64,000 nucleotides of DNA from Plasmodiophora brassicae (lineage: Eukaryota): positions 1,054,001-1,118,000 of the forward strand of contig CP145415.1 of assembly GCA_036867785.1 (NCBI GenBank), written 5' to 3'. Positions within the stretch are counted from its first letter, which is position 1; each line of letters starts with the position of its first letter. Under the pieces are notes generated by a model that made no database searches, had not been told where the DNA came from, and saw nothing but the letters and a program-made list of their open reading frames with translations. The position numbers and the translations under genes are program-made. This document shows positions 50,794 to 63,746 of this stretch, in pieces.

Positions 50794-52116
50794 ATGGCGT
50801 CGTTCGGGGCTCCGTCCAAGGCCCCGCTGATGGACGAGGCGAAGCTGATCAAGTATAAGACCGGTGCGGATATCCGCTTGCGCGGGTTGCTGCCTGGCGG
50901 TTTGCCTGACGCGCCCTGCCCTGCAATACAGTCATGTGCCAGCGCATGGTGCGAGCTGGCCAGTGCCGTTACGGGAACCTGTGCGATTTCGCACACAGCG
51001 CCAAGGAGCTGCGGCGCAACCTGAACCAGCACTGGTACCAGGGTGTCATGTGTGAGATTCCGGATCACGATGACAAGAAGTGTGAGTATGCGCATAACGA
51101 GATGGAGCTCGTCTATCACCCCTCCGTCTACAAGACGAAACTGTGTGATAAGTTCGCATCTCCTGATGGCTGCTCCAAGAATCAGGTACGGTCATTGCTG
51201 CGGTGTCCCCCTTGGTGTCGCTGACCTCCCGAATCGTTCCGTAGTACTGCGCCAACGCCCATGGGAAGCATGATCTGCGTCAGGGCAAGCCCCTTGGACC
51301 ACGTCCAGTGGCCACGTCTGGTTACGCGGCCACTGGCCGCTCTCCGTCACCGAATCCGTCGCCGCACGCCAATGCCAGGCGCGATTTCGACGGCAACGTA
51401 GGAGGATATTAGCGAGCGAAATCTGTATCGTCTCCGTATGCTGACGACGCGTGTTTCGCAACAACGGCAGCACGGATTCGCGGGATCCAAACCGCAGCAG
51501 CAGGGCGATATTGGTGGGCCCGTCGCTGCACAGCGACACCAGTCGTTCTCCAATTACAACGACCCTTCTGCCGCGCATATGGCCATGACGGGTATCCACG
51601 TCCTCCTTAGTTGACCACAACGCTAAACGTCTGCATAGGCTTCCACGAGTTTCAGGAAACTACGAACGACCTCAAGATTCGGATCCTTGATCTCGTCGAT
51701 CAAATATCTCAGATGCACGCCGAACGTGCTGCCTACGAGCAGAACCACAATGCCAGTCAGATGGTCCAGGTAAATGCTGTGCAAACCTAGCGGCTGCAGC
51801 GATGGATTCAAACACGGTTGCAGGATGCGTATAAGAGCAGCCGCGAGCAAGTCGCCCAGCTTCGTCAGCAGCTCGACAACGCGAAGCTGACGATTCAGGC
51901 CCAGCAAGGGAATCCGTCTGCGCTGGCCAGACTTTCGCCTGCGGCTCTTCAGCAGCTAGCCCGCAAGACGAGTCAGGTCTGTGACAGCGCTTGCGTTTGG
52001 AAGTGGTCATGGGAGTGACACTGCAGCAGGCCGCAGCGGCAATAGCGGCTTACAAGCCTTCGGGCAGCCCCAAGCACAACCTGATCAGCGACCTGTCCGA
52101 GCTGCACATTTCGTAG
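50794..52116 (+). CDS. Tandem CCCH zinc-finger protein (unkempt-like) with C-terminal coiled coil, spliced
   Basis: YKT/VMCQRMVRAGQCRYGNLCDFAH, CEYAHNEMELVYHPSVYKTKLC..C..YCANAHG. Confidence 0.85.
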
Positions 52117-52917
52117 CCTGGACGCGACTGACCCTGAGGAGCAGTATCGCCCACTTTTACTTATCAAGACCCGACGCCCATCGATGAATGTGCCCTCCGC
52201 GTGCTCACATCCGTACGATCAATCCTAGGATACATTCTTGCCATACTGTCTTAGTCTGGTATGTCGATGACGATGAGAAGAATGCTGACAACGGGTATAG
52301 CTGTTGCTGGCCTGGTGCATCACGGGGGCCCTCGTTAACGTTCAACCGAGGGACGACGGGCGAATGAACTCCGCGTGGCCAGGCCAACCCCACGACAGTA
52401 CTGTCGAGAGTGAACAGATCGAACGACCGGCGGCGGGATAATGCTGCTGCCCGCCATACCGGCTCATGACTTCAGAGATCGGGTGCTGGACGACGTTAGT
52501 ACTGATGACCTGGATGGGGAAATGCTGCCGCGCCTTCCGACGACAACTCTGGTCACGTTCAAACGTCCCGCATGCCGAAAGCACGACCGTCGGGACCCGC
52601 TGCCTGGCCAACCGCACAGGTTGGTGGCGTCATGCGACGAACCCAGCAACAACTACGAAGTCGAGCAGCGCCGCTTCGCACCGGCACATCAACCATTTGT
52701 CCAACACGCTGAAATTGATTCAGGCAGTTGACCACGTCAGGCACGAATGCCTGGCTGTGGTCCGGGTTCGCTGCTGCCGCCGAGCCTCTTGACTGAGCCG
52801 TTGCTGCTTTCCAAGCGCTTAGCTCCTCGCTCCTAGCAGAGACGTTCACAGGCCGCATGGTGGGTGCCCTATTGATTCTGCAGGAATGGCCAGGCTTGGG
52901 AATCGAGGCCCACCTAC

Positions 52918-53103
52918 TCAAGAGGCAGGGCAGCGTCGACCTCGATAGGCAAGGCCATGACGACTGATGCCCGTGACGTTCAAGAGGCAGGGCAGCGTCG
53001 ACCTCGATAGGCAAGGCCATGACGACTGATGCCCGTGACGTTCAAGAGGCAGGGCAGCGTCGACCTCGATAGGCAAGGCCATGACGACTGATGCCCGTGA
53101 CGT
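52918..53103. repeat. Perfect tandem repeat, 3 x 62 bp
   Basis: TCAAGAGGCAGGGCAGCGTCGACCTCGATAGGCAAGGCCATGACGACTGATGCCCGTGACGT three times, no spacers. Confidence 0.95.
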
Positions 53104-53356
53104 CATGCTGACAGGCTCAACTTCGTCGGGTTCGCCTCTATAGACGTAGACGTCGCCGGTCTCGTCCCGCAGCTGGCGCCCAAGGTGGGGCAGGGTTATT
53201 CTGGCACACGTGATAGGTCACATCCCGCAACGCGGCTATACCCCATGCGGAGCAGGGAATCGCCATGCATTATGAACGTTAACGAAGATCTGGGTCTGAC
53301 CATGCAATGCTGTATTACGGCACGAACGTTTTCGAAGAAACAGGCATGCCAAGGGA

Positions 53357-53887
53357 TTACTTGAGAGGGATGAAGCGAGACGAGTTGGTGGCACCGATAC
53401 CCGGGCGACCGTGCTGGACGGGCTTGTACGACAGCGAGAATTCGCCGAGGTAGTGCCCAACCATGTCGGGCTTGACCTCAACGTGGCCGAACGCCTTACC
53501 GTTGTAGACGCCGACAACGCTGCCGACCATTTCCGGCACGACAATCATGTTCCGCAGGTGCGTGTTGACGGGAGCCGGCTTCTCGTTCGGTCCGGCCGCC
53601 TTCTTGGCCTTCCGAAGCCGCTTAATCAGCGCAAGAGGCTGAGCCTTCAGGCCGCGCTTCAAACGGCGGCGAACATTGGACGGGAACAGAGACAGGAGCT
53701 CCGATCGCGGACGACCGATCAGGTCCTGTACCTCAATGCCACGGTAGAAGAACTTCTTGTGCGTCTGACGCTTGACGAAGCCGGTCGTCTGAGCGGGAGC
53801 CGCCTCCGTGTCCGACTACAAATCACAACCGGTCAGCACATCGAGATGACGACCAGCAATTGCGATCGATGACGACGCGCGTACCAT
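53357..53887 (-). CDS. RPS15: 40S ribosomal protein S15 (uS19); first coding exon is ATG only, intron 53816-53884
   Basis: [63 protein letters not shown]. Confidence 0.98.
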
Positions 53888-54111
53888 GGCTGCCGCTTCT
53901 TCTGGAACTAACAAACGGCACGTCGCGGACTCCGCAAGTCCGCAGCGGGGCGAACATCCTACTATTAGGGCGCCCTCATATACCGATATCCCGGGGCGTG
54001 GCGTGCTGGCCCAGATAAGGGCGCGAAAGATCTTTAGCGCATTCCAGCGCGCGCCCGCGATTAGTATCTCGTTTGGAATTGTTCGAGAATCTGTGGCACT
54101 TCGCGATAGTG

Positions 54112-54833
54112 ATGGCGCCGCGAACACCTGCCGTTGCTGACGAGGTACGTTGGAGCTGAGCGCTGCGCGACGAGTGTCGCAGCGGTGCTGATGGCCGGAT
54201 GTTGCAGGCCGTCATCGTGTCCCAGAGATCATTGGCGACTCTGCAGAGCCGTCTACAACAGTTCGTGCACAACCTGAACACGGCAACAGAATCAGGCACG
54301 TTCCTGCAATCGGTGGATGCCATCCAGGAGATCGTCAGGGACATCACGACCTGCGCGTCCATGCAGCAGACCGAGCTGTCGTCGTTATTGGCCACGCTTA
54401 ATCGAAACCGGGTATGGGCGGGATGCCTCTCGTATCCGCTTATAATCTTACAGTCGCCACCAATGTCAGGCGGCGCAGCTGGAGACGCTATCCAGGGCGC
54501 TAGTCGACCACCGAGGGCAGCAGGAACGCGAAGCCTTTATCAAAGAAGGTTGCCCTGTTTGCACGTTCCGGCACAGCACCAGTCGAATTAACAACGTTGG
54601 CAGGCGAGGAAGGCGCAGCACCCGTGGATCGTCGCCAGGAGGAGGACGACGCAATGGTGGAAAGCGTACCGGACGACGATAATGATTGTACGAGCGAGAC
54701 AGGTGTCGACTGCGTCGATGACTCGGATCAAGACGAGGATGTCGCATTTAGTGATGACCTGTACGACGACGACGACGACGACGTGGACATCGATGACGAT
54801 GACGACGACGACGACGACGACGTCTTTGAATAA
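54112..54833 (+). CDS. Small coiled-coil protein with poly-Asp tail, spliced
   Basis: Helical LQSRLQQFVHNL..IQEIVRDI exon and terminal DDDDDDDDDVFE exon; exon joins uncertain. Confidence 0.5.
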
Positions 54834-54971
54834 TATGCACCAGTAGGTGCCAGTCGAATCATAAATGTACCATTGCGCTGTTAATGGCATCATGCGACCC
54901 TGCCTGCGTCTGTGACGGCGGCCAGCGAGTTTCCACAGGCCGCCACATACTAGCGTTGTTCGCCGGCTGCC

Positions 54972-56938
54972 ATGGCCGGTCATGACGGGACGACGAACGC
55001 GATCACCAGGGCCATTGACGAGTTGCGATCGTCATGTAAGGGGGCGGCCACGTTGCTGATCGAGCTGGATCAGGCCACCGCTCGTGGCCGAATCGAGGAA
55101 GCCGTGCGCCGAGAACTAGACGCCATGGTTGCCGAGCAGCGCGCCCGGTTCGAACGGGAAGCCCAGCAGTGCCGAGACCTGGCCGCCGAGTTGCAGCATT
55201 GGAAAGCGGAAGCCGACAAGCTCGCGCACGCCAGCCATGTCGTCCAGGACCGCATCCGAGACCTGAAGGCGTCAGTTGCAGAGCGGCGTCGCTGTCGGCG
55301 ACCTCGCCCCGTCCTGAAGTCGGCACCGATTAAGACGCCGGATGCGGGTTCCGAATCGGCCCGGGAGGCGGCCATTCGTCAGCGGGCGCCAGCGCGTCCA
55401 GTCGGACGCCGACCCGAACGAATGTTCGACACGTTCGCCGTGATCGGCGCTGACGAACGGTCGCCGGCGACGCCGGTCGTCCAGTTCCGCTACCCGAACC
55501 GGATCGATACCGGCGCGCTGGACGACGCCCAGCTGATCGCGTTCGCATTCCCCACTGGCGAGGTGCGCATGTCGTCGTACACGTCATCAGGCGGGGCACG
55601 GGTCAACGGGTGCTGGCGTTGGCAGGTCCCAGTGACGACCGTGGACGTCAGCCAGTCGTCGAGCACGCTGTCGTGCGTTCGCCTCGGGCAGGACCAGTTC
55701 AGGAAGGGCGCCAACTGCCACATCTTCATGCACCGTCGGGATTGCGACGAGCACGACCAGGCCAGCGTGTATGGCGTCTGCGTTCGTGTTCGCGAGGCGC
55801 GCCGACTGGTACGTACAGTGCCGTCCCCCTGGATGGCAGTGCCCGTCTGACGCTGCGCCCCATGCCCCACCAGCCCGATGGCCAGGACGGCATCACCGAG
55901 GTCGCCTTCTGCACCATGAGCAGGTCCCCGTACTTCTCCGTCCAGTTCGACATGATCGAACGCATTCTCGGTACAGGGGCGTTGGCATGTGAAACGGCCC
56001 CGAGTCTGACGAGCGACGCCGGCAACATCAGCGGCCAGGAAGCTGTTCCGCCTGGGCGGCACTGGCGGCGAAGGCCCAGGCGCTTCATGGGTCGACCCGA
56101 TCACCGACCGCCGAAGTGGATGCACGTCGATCCTCGAGGACATCTACATGGCGACCATGCCCGATCCGGATCACATCGTCAAGGTCGCGTGCCCGTACGA
56201 GCTCCCGATGATCGTGTTCAAGCGGCCGCGTCTCGAGATCGACGCCATTCGCGAGTGGTGCTGCAGGTGGCGTTCGTCGGGTGCATGTGCCGCTCCCACA
56301 CCCACACTGAACGGTGGATCTGCCTTAGCCTGGCGTTCAGCGTCAGCTCAAGCGACACGCTGGTCCTCATCCTTGACCTGGCGCTACGGGAGCACAGCGT
56401 CATCGTCGTCAGCGACAACCTATCGCTCGTGTCGGCATCCGTCTTCGCCATCGTCGTCATGATCGCGCCGTTGCAGTGGCAGGGCGTCCTCCTGCCGATC
56501 CTGCCTCAGTCCATGGAGGAATTCCTGCAAGCCCCCGTCCCGTTCATCGCCGGCGTCCAGCGACTCCCCGCCCAGATCGCAAGCAGCGACGACCTGGACG
56601 ACAACGTCGCCGTCTGGTTCCCGGAGCAAGACGACATCTGGTTGCCGAGGCGATTCCACGGGCGCATGCCCGGCGCCGACCGCCTCATCGATCGCCTGAG
56701 ACCTCGGCTGCAGGCCCTGCAATCCCGATCGCGGAAGGTCCTGTACACGTGCAATAACGCGCAGGCCATCGCCGTCAACAACGTCACGTCGCAGGTGGCC
56801 GACGTCGTCCAACGGCTCGTCGACGACGACCATGCCGACGAGTGCGAGGGAGAGCAGGATGCCGCCGATCGCGAGTACCGGCAGCGCCTTCGGGCGACGC
56901 AGATGATGACACAGTGGAAGGCAACGACGTTGCCGTAA
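54972..56938 (+). CDS. Coiled-coil + DENN-domain protein (putative Rab GEF), spliced
   Basis: uDENN MFDTFAVIG..FRYP..FAFPTG, YGVCV; cDENN LREHSVIVVSDNLSLVS..PLQWQGVLLPILP..FLQAPVPFIAG. Confidence 0.88.
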
Positions 56939-56970
56939 TACGCAACCGCGCCCCCCGTTGATACAGAACG

Positions 56971-59442
56971 TTACGGTTCATTGCGATCCAGCAGGTCCAG
57001 GTCGGATTGCAGCTGGACGCCCAGGTCGCTGGTGGCGCCGGCCACCGAGATCGCCTTGAGCAGATCGCGACGGGCCAGGTCGACGGCACCCATGGCGCAA
57101 TGGGCCGAGGCACGTCGCGACAGAGTCGCCGCCATCAGCCTGGCGTCGGCGCGCCCGCCCTGCTCGCACACGTCCATGCTGGCCGTACAGTCCCGAATGC
57201 ACGCGTCGTACTCCTTCAGGAACAGCTCGCAGGCGGCGCGATTCGACAGGATCGACGCGTGCTGCACTGGGTCGTCCTGATCGAAACCGGGACGTTGGCT
57301 ATCGGCACCTGGCGCTGGAGAGGCGCACGCGACCACCGACCTGCTGCAATCGAAGGGCGTCTGTGAACAGGCGCTTCGAGCGGACGACGTCGCCGTTCTG
57401 GAATTCGCGTTTGGCCGAAGCGACCAGCTCGGCACCCTGGTTCTTCTGGGTCGGCTCGTCTGGGTCTCGTTCCGCGCCGCGTTCCGCCCTGCTGCCGCCT
57501 ACGACGTCGTTCATCCGGGACTGAACCTGGGCGATCAGGTCCTCGGTTTGCTTGTCGCTTGGCGATATTTGGAGCGCCATTCTCAGGTCGAACCCGGCAT
57601 CGACGAGGCGGTTCAGGCGGAGCAGGACGTCGCCGCGCAGCTAGAGAGGCGGTCGTCGGCTGTGAACCACAATTTAACGAACACGGGCGGACGCACCTGA
57701 AGCATTCGCCCGCGAAGCGCCGCCATCTCGTCATCGGGGATTCGACGACACAGCGCATGGTCGTCGAGAACGGCGAGCGCCTCAGTGACGGCATCGACTG
57801 ACTCGTCAGGCCGGCCGTCATCAGCGAGGATCTGGGAGGCGTCAGTCGGCCCATATTTGACACAGGAAATAGAAACAGAATGGGACCTGGGCCTTCTTCA
57901 GTAGCAGGCGGGCATTGCAGGGGTCAACGTCAAGGGCGTCGTTGACCGCATCAATGTCATCGTCGATCGCGTCGGCTTCTGCCCGCGCGTCCTGCCGACG
58001 AACCATGTCCATCAACCATTTCAGGTCGTTGATGAGGCCGATGTCGGCCCCGTGCATCAGGTTCAACGCATCCTGTCTGCCGCCTGAGGCTTCCCGAATC
58101 CATCGACAGCACCACGACGCGCCGATTACCTCGTAATCGGAGACGGCCGGCTTGAAGTGCCCCAGCATGGAGTTGGCCGTCCCGCGCCGGACGAGGATCT
58201 TAGCACGAAGCTTGCGCTTGGATCCAGTTGGGTTCGGGCCCAGCACCGACAACGCGACGTTGCAGTCGTCGACACACTTGTGCACGCGCTGGAACTTCTT
58301 GGCGATGGCCCCGCCCGACGTTGCCAGTTTCAGATAGCAGGCGGCCCGGTTGGACAGGCACCCCGGGTCGGACGGCTTCGCCGACAGAGCCGCCGAGAAC
58401 GCGCTGATGGCTGACAGGTAATCGCCCGACTCGAAGAACTTTGCCGCTGGACGATCTGTCAGGTCTCCCAGCATTGTTCCGGCGCATCAGACCGAACCCT
58501 TCTCCTTGAGCATGATGAAATGTCGTTCGCCGAGGTCGCGTTCGTCCCCGTCCAGCAACGACGACGTCGGGGCGAACTCGTCGTCCTCGTCAGGATCACG
58601 AGCAACACCCCCGGCACGGTGATCGGTGAACGTGAAGAAGGTCGTGACTGGAGGAAGCGACCTGACCGGAGCGCTGACAGGCGGGACCTGGACGCTGGGC
58701 TCGTCCTTCGGGGCGGTCTGGACCGCTGGGCCCTCCGCACCCGTGCTGACCGCTGCCGGGTCGTGCATACGGCCAGCCCAATCGGCGACGTCGTCCTGAG
58801 CACGTCTGCTGAGCGTCCGTCCAGCTGACCGGGGCGACCGCCTACCTTGGCGTTGCGCTCCTCGGTCTCTTTCAGGCTGCGAATGAACGTTCGCTCTTCG
58901 TCTTCCTCTGCCCAGGTGCGGGATTGCGCCCTCGATTTCTGCAGGCAATCACGTTAGGGGAACGGCGATGGTGTCGCACAGGAACCAGTATGGGTCGCAC
59001 GGTCTCTCCCGCTTTCTTCCTCGTGGTTTCCATTTCGTCCTGCTCCTGTTTCCGTGCTCTTTCGAAGGACTGCTGTCGTCGGTCGCTGAGCTCATCTGCG
59101 GTTCCTTCGGCGCAAAAAGAGTCCCATATCTGCCCAGGGGTCGCCTTCGGGACTTGCACCTCAATGCACCCTTTAGCGACCTGGACGACAGCACGGGAAT
59201 GGACGACGAAGTCGGCCAGGTCGAGCGACATCAGGTACGGCGACGCGTTCAGCGACAGATGCAGGTCGGAAACTGGCAGCAGCAGCAGCAGACGATCAGC
59301 AATCGGTGAACGACCCCAGGTCCGCAACGTACGACCGACATCGCATCTTCTTGGCCAGACCTCGGGTCGCGCCCGGCAGCTCAATCCGGATCGATACGGA
59401 CGACGCGTCCTGTCGCCATTGGTACCGGGGCGTGATCGGCAT
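56971..59442 (-). CDS. DNAAF4: Dynein axonemal assembly factor 4 (CS domain + TPRs), multi-exon
   Basis: MPITPRYQWRQD..VSIRIELPG, LNASPYLMSLDL, coiled coil, LKEKG/KFFESGDYLSAISAFS..SNRAACYLKL, KILVRRG. Confidence 0.85.
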
Positions 59443-59629
59443 GGCGCAGCCGACGCCAGTCGAAGGTCGATAACGACAAAGGCTGCGCTGGTTGGGCTGG
59501 GTGGCCGGCCTCGTCTACGACCTGACTATGATGCGGCCCGGGAGCCAGGCCACGCTGGCCTCGTACGTGACAGAACCGGACCGACCGTAGCGGCATCTGG
59601 TGTTCTACGACGTCGATAGTGTATCATCG

Positions 59630-60133
59630 TTATTTAGGCGCCAGATCAGCAACGCTGCCAATGTAATAGGCGGGTTTGGCGATGCTGATTCCCTTATCCT
59701 GCAAGGCGGTCGTCAAATCGTCCATGGTCAACGTGAACACCTGAACGTGGAGATCAGTGGGTCGCGATACGAGTGCTGGACCCCACAGGCGAATCGGCAA
59801 CCTCCGTCCCGTTCTTCTTTTTCGCATATCCAGACCCTTTCCTGTGCTGGCAGTACCGTAGAGCGCTCTTGCTGATGTCGAATATGAACCTGTGCACGTC
59901 AGTCAGCGCACTGGCGTCCTACCTACGCGCGTCCCCATGCTCGTTCGCTACTTCTGCGTCGCCAGGCCGATAATCTTTCTCGCCGTCGGATCCGGGCATA
60001 TGCACCCGCACTTCTCCAGATAATGCTGCAGGACCGGATCCGGGATGGTGCCCTCGAACCCATCCAGCGCGTCCAGCAGGTCGGCAGTCACGCCCGCAAC
60101 AGGCGCCTGTATCGGCGACGACGATGACGACAT
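59630..60133 (-). CDS. TAF10: TFIID subunit 10, 2 introns
   Basis: LDGFEGTIPDPVLQHYLEKCG..DP...KIIGLATQK/FIFDI, TLTMDDLTTAL..GI...KPAYY. Confidence 0.93.
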
Positions 60134-60454
60134 GCCGCTCTGCGGACTTCCTCTCTGGGCCTCTGGCCCATGTATGTATGCCACCTGTTTCGAGTGTCCG
60201 AGACGGACGTTGGCATACAATACTCAAGGGACCGTCAAAACCTCCTCTGGTAAGGCAAATGCTGAAAGGACGGGCTCGCTGGCAGGCTGCCGATGGTATA
60301 CGCTAATGCAGTACTCTATATAGAAACGCGCCCTCGTTTACAGAGGCTCTCATCATACGTAAGTCTATAGCTGCTGTCGGGCAATAACGCAAACAGGATT
60401 CGCTGTGTGTAATTTCAGACACGTCGCCCGGCGCCGGCCAAGCGCTCATGACGC

Positions 60455-60968
60455 TCACACGGCCATCGCAAACGACTGCAATGAAGAGAATATCGATCCG
60501 CTGGCAATATTGCCAGCGAAAGACTGGGCTGCCGCGGCAATGGAGCCTGATGAAGTTAATCGATACGTGAGTTTTGGTACACCACAGGTTGAGTCTTGTT
60601 ACCGGCAACAGGACCAACGACGGAAAACCCCAACCACTCCACAACGGCGGACGACACGAGTAGAGGAAGACCAGTCGTCTTAATGAGGAATCCAAATCCA
60701 ACGACGGTTAAGGACGCCAGTAAACCCATGGTCCCCATTCTCGTCTCACCAAGTTTGCACAACGCCGCTCGCTGTCCTGCTCGGACTGGCACCATTAGAT
60801 CCGGCAGTGGCACCAAGAAAGGGGACCCCGTTCTGAAGATTCTCCGACCCGATTCCTGAGCTATGCGGTTGACGGACAAGCGTCATACAAAGACTTTGGC
60901 GAGTGTCTGTTGAGTTCATGCGTCTGCAGCGTAACGTCGTTCTCTCGTGAGTCGGTGGTGCTGACATG
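60455..60968 (-). CDS. Small ISG12/IFI27 (Ifi-6-16)-motif membrane protein; 5' end uncertain
   Basis: Removing intron 60547-60602 gives ..VVEWLGFSVVGPVAGSIAAAAQSFAGNIASGSIFSSLQSFAMAV*. Confidence 0.7.
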
Positions 60969-61083
60969 CGTCCTCTCGTTTGCTCATGTTGAGCATACAG
61001 GCCTCGAAATTCACATGCGCGCAACGTGATGCTCGTGTAACGCAATGCTTATGCGATTGTATTGATCGCTGGGCAGCATTGTT

Positions 61084-62185
61084 TCATTCCTCGGCGGCAG
61101 AGAACGCTGCAGCAATGACGTCAGTAAATGTAACAACTGACAGTGCTTTACTGTTGCTCGATTCACGTATCCTATGCGACGACGACGTGTGAGATGGGTT
61201 AAAATGGGCAACGACGGACGAACCAGATTCGGTGGACGCGATTAAGAAGCATCTTCTGAACGGCTTCGCCGATCGTCGTCGTATCGTCGCAAACGATTGG
61301 GTCAATCACGAATCCGCTGCGAGTGCTCAGCATAAAATCACGGACGCTGATATCAGCAAGCGCTCCCAGGGCCAAATTGAAAACGCTGCGAAAATCAGAC
61401 GTCGACAGCTGCGATACGAGCACACCCGCGTCGTTGACAACCGGAACGCCACTGACGCGGTGACGTAGCATGCCCTCGATACCGTCCTTGATACTGTCGT
61501 TGATGTTAACAAAGACCAATGGGTCGTGAACAGCGCTGATGGTAGACACGGGACGTGAAAACACCTCCCGAAGATGGGGCAACGCCGTACTGTGCGTCAC
61601 CAGAAACTTGATGACGTCGGTCTGCGACAGGAGACGGCAGGTTTGGCTGCCCTCATCCGTTACCAGGACGCGATGGACGCCTTTACCGAGGGCCTCGCAG
61701 ACATACAGCAATGGACGGTCCGTCGGTTCAACCCACAGGCACAGCTAGCGACACAGCATACATCATAATGCAACACATCGGCAGGGCATAACGTACAGAT
61801 TCGTCGGTGGATCCCAGGACCTGACTGATGGGCTTGGAAAGTGCCTCCTCGACAGTGCGAGAAGGGTTGCCGAACATATACGACAGGATGTCGACCACCG
61901 ACGCAATGCCGATGTACTGCTTCTCCCCGACGATCACTTCGACGCCCCCGGATCCAATCCATCCGCCCTTCTTGCCGAACACCGGCACGGACAGGATATT
62001 GTGAATGCGAAGGCATTCCAGCGTCTGCACAACGTTACAGGTCCAGCCACAGGCGCGACCGCAAACGTTCCGTATCCGACCTGTGCGATCGAACTCGAAC
62101 AGTCAATGTCGATCAGGGTGCGCTTGCCGGCGACCAGGTCTCCAACGACGGTCTCGGGCACTTCACGTAGCCAGGGCAGCGTCAT
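61084..62185 (-). CDS. Four-CBS-domain protein (SDS23/AMPK-gamma-like), spliced
   Basis: LECLRIHNILSVPV, YIGIASVVDIL, GVHRVLV, LLSQTDVIKFL, HRVSGVPVV..LSTSDFR, NRVHRIW..VVTFTDVI. Confidence 0.88.
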
Positions 62186-62322
62186 GTTCGCTCAACGGAC
62201 TGCGCAGGCGACAATTCAATGGCGGCCTCAAAATCAAACAGAAATCACACGCGCGTAATCGCCGTTTACGCTTTCCAATTGACCAAAAGTGAATGTTTAC
62301 CTGGTTTCCAACAGTACGTGCG

Positions 62323-63380
62323 ACGAAGGGCTGGAGTTGTCATTCCCCCTGATTAGGACATGTGAGACGATCAGACCGTACGAGGCGGTCCTTTAATACG
62401 CTATGAACAACAGTGTAGGACTGCATCGTTTAATCTGGTCTTCCTGTGCAGTATGCGCGATTGTACATTCCTGAGCACCCGGCTCTGCCACACACCTTGC
62501 ACTGGCTCTTCGACTTCCTGGACCTTTTGGTACAATGATAGGCGACGAGGAAGATCTCGCAAGAGGGCGGGAGGGAGCGGCAGGAATTGCAAATGGTTGT
62601 CCAACAATGGCTGGAACAGCATCGGTAGCCGCAACGATTGACGGCTGAGGTTGGCCGCAGGATCGATATGGGACGGGAGCGATCACCTGCGAATCAACCA
62701 GAACCATATTCCGTGCTGGAGCAAAAGTGCTTGTTGCTGGCGCTGAAGGGTTTGAACACACATGATCCTCGGCAGTAGCCGGCATCGGGCGAGGAACATC
62801 GACAGTAGACGGCATCGGGCAAGGATCCTCGACAGTAACCGGCATCGGGCGAGGCGTTAGTTGCTTGGGATCCGGGAAATGCTGCGACGCCGACGGCAAA
62901 CGATTTGCGAGACTGACAGGGCGCGTACGATCTCTTCCACTAGCCGACGCCGATCGCTGGCCGTTCTTTTTCTTCCAGAGGGTGTAGTACCGCTGCAAAT
63001 GGTCCTTGGACTTTCGGAAAACATTTAAACCGTTAGCCTAGCTTACCTCCAAATACTTGGAGGCTTGCATCCAGATCGGCGCCGTGACAAAGAATGGCCT
63101 CGTCAAAGAGAGCAGCCTCTCCCGGACTGTGGATCGGCATGACTGGAATCGGTAACTGAGGCCTCTTCGCCAAGAATGAAAGGTCCAGGAAGTCGAAAAG
63201 CCAGTGAAAGGTGTGTGGTAGAGCCGGGTGGGTGCTCAGGAATGTACAATCGCGCATACTGCACAGGAAGACCAGATTAAACGATGCAGTCCTACACTGT
63301 AGCGTATTAAAGGATCGCCTCGTACGGTCTGATCGTCTCACATGTCCTAATCATGGGGAACGACAACTCCAGCCCTTCGT
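62323..63380. mobile_element. Putative non-autonomous element or foldback with ~200-bp imperfect inverted arms (62323-62527, 63179-63380)
   Basis: The left arm is the reverse complement of the right arm apart from a few substitutions and two small indels; the interior holds a frameshifted coding remnant; no TSD seen. Confidence 0.65.
62430..63178 (-). pseudogene. Frameshifted C-terminal fragment of a probable transposon protein
   Basis: Pieces in different frames: FLAKRPQLPIPVMPIHSPGEAALF, FRKSKDHLQRYYTLWKK, a Pro-rich linker, and terminal CKVCGRAGCSGMYNRAYC. Confidence 0.5.
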
Positions 63381-63722
63381 ATTCAACTGTGACTGCGGAC
63401 CTCGCTCACGCACTGCGTGAGAGCGCGACCTCGGCTGAAAACGGCAAACCTTATCTTCACATAAACCATTGGTACATCCTGACGCGGCATACCGCTGCAG
63501 CAGCCGGGGACTTGGAGAACACGGCAGAACCCTCGGCTTGCAAACCCTGCCCTGCAGCGGACGCGGGTCTGGGCGACGACCGAGGGCGGGCGACGACAGT
63601 AAGGGACAAAACTGCGTCACTGCGGGTGCAGAGTGAGCGCGCCGTGGCTGCTGGCTGGGGGTTGCGCGCCGCCGTCGGATTCGTCGGTGCGAGAGCGGTA
63701 TTTTGGTTCCCGCCGGTTGCGG

Positions 63723-63746
63723 CACACACACACACACACACACACA
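63723..63746. repeat. (CA)12 microsatellite
   Basis: Seen directly. Confidence 0.9.

Noticed and set aside
52918..53103. Possible CRISPR array (also considered for 2355-2429)
   Set aside because: Units are contiguous with no unique spacers, no cas genes are present, and the context is eukaryotic.
54760..54825. (GAC)n repeat, and (GTC)n at 44394-44420
   Set aside because: They simply encode poly-Asp and poly-Ser tracts.
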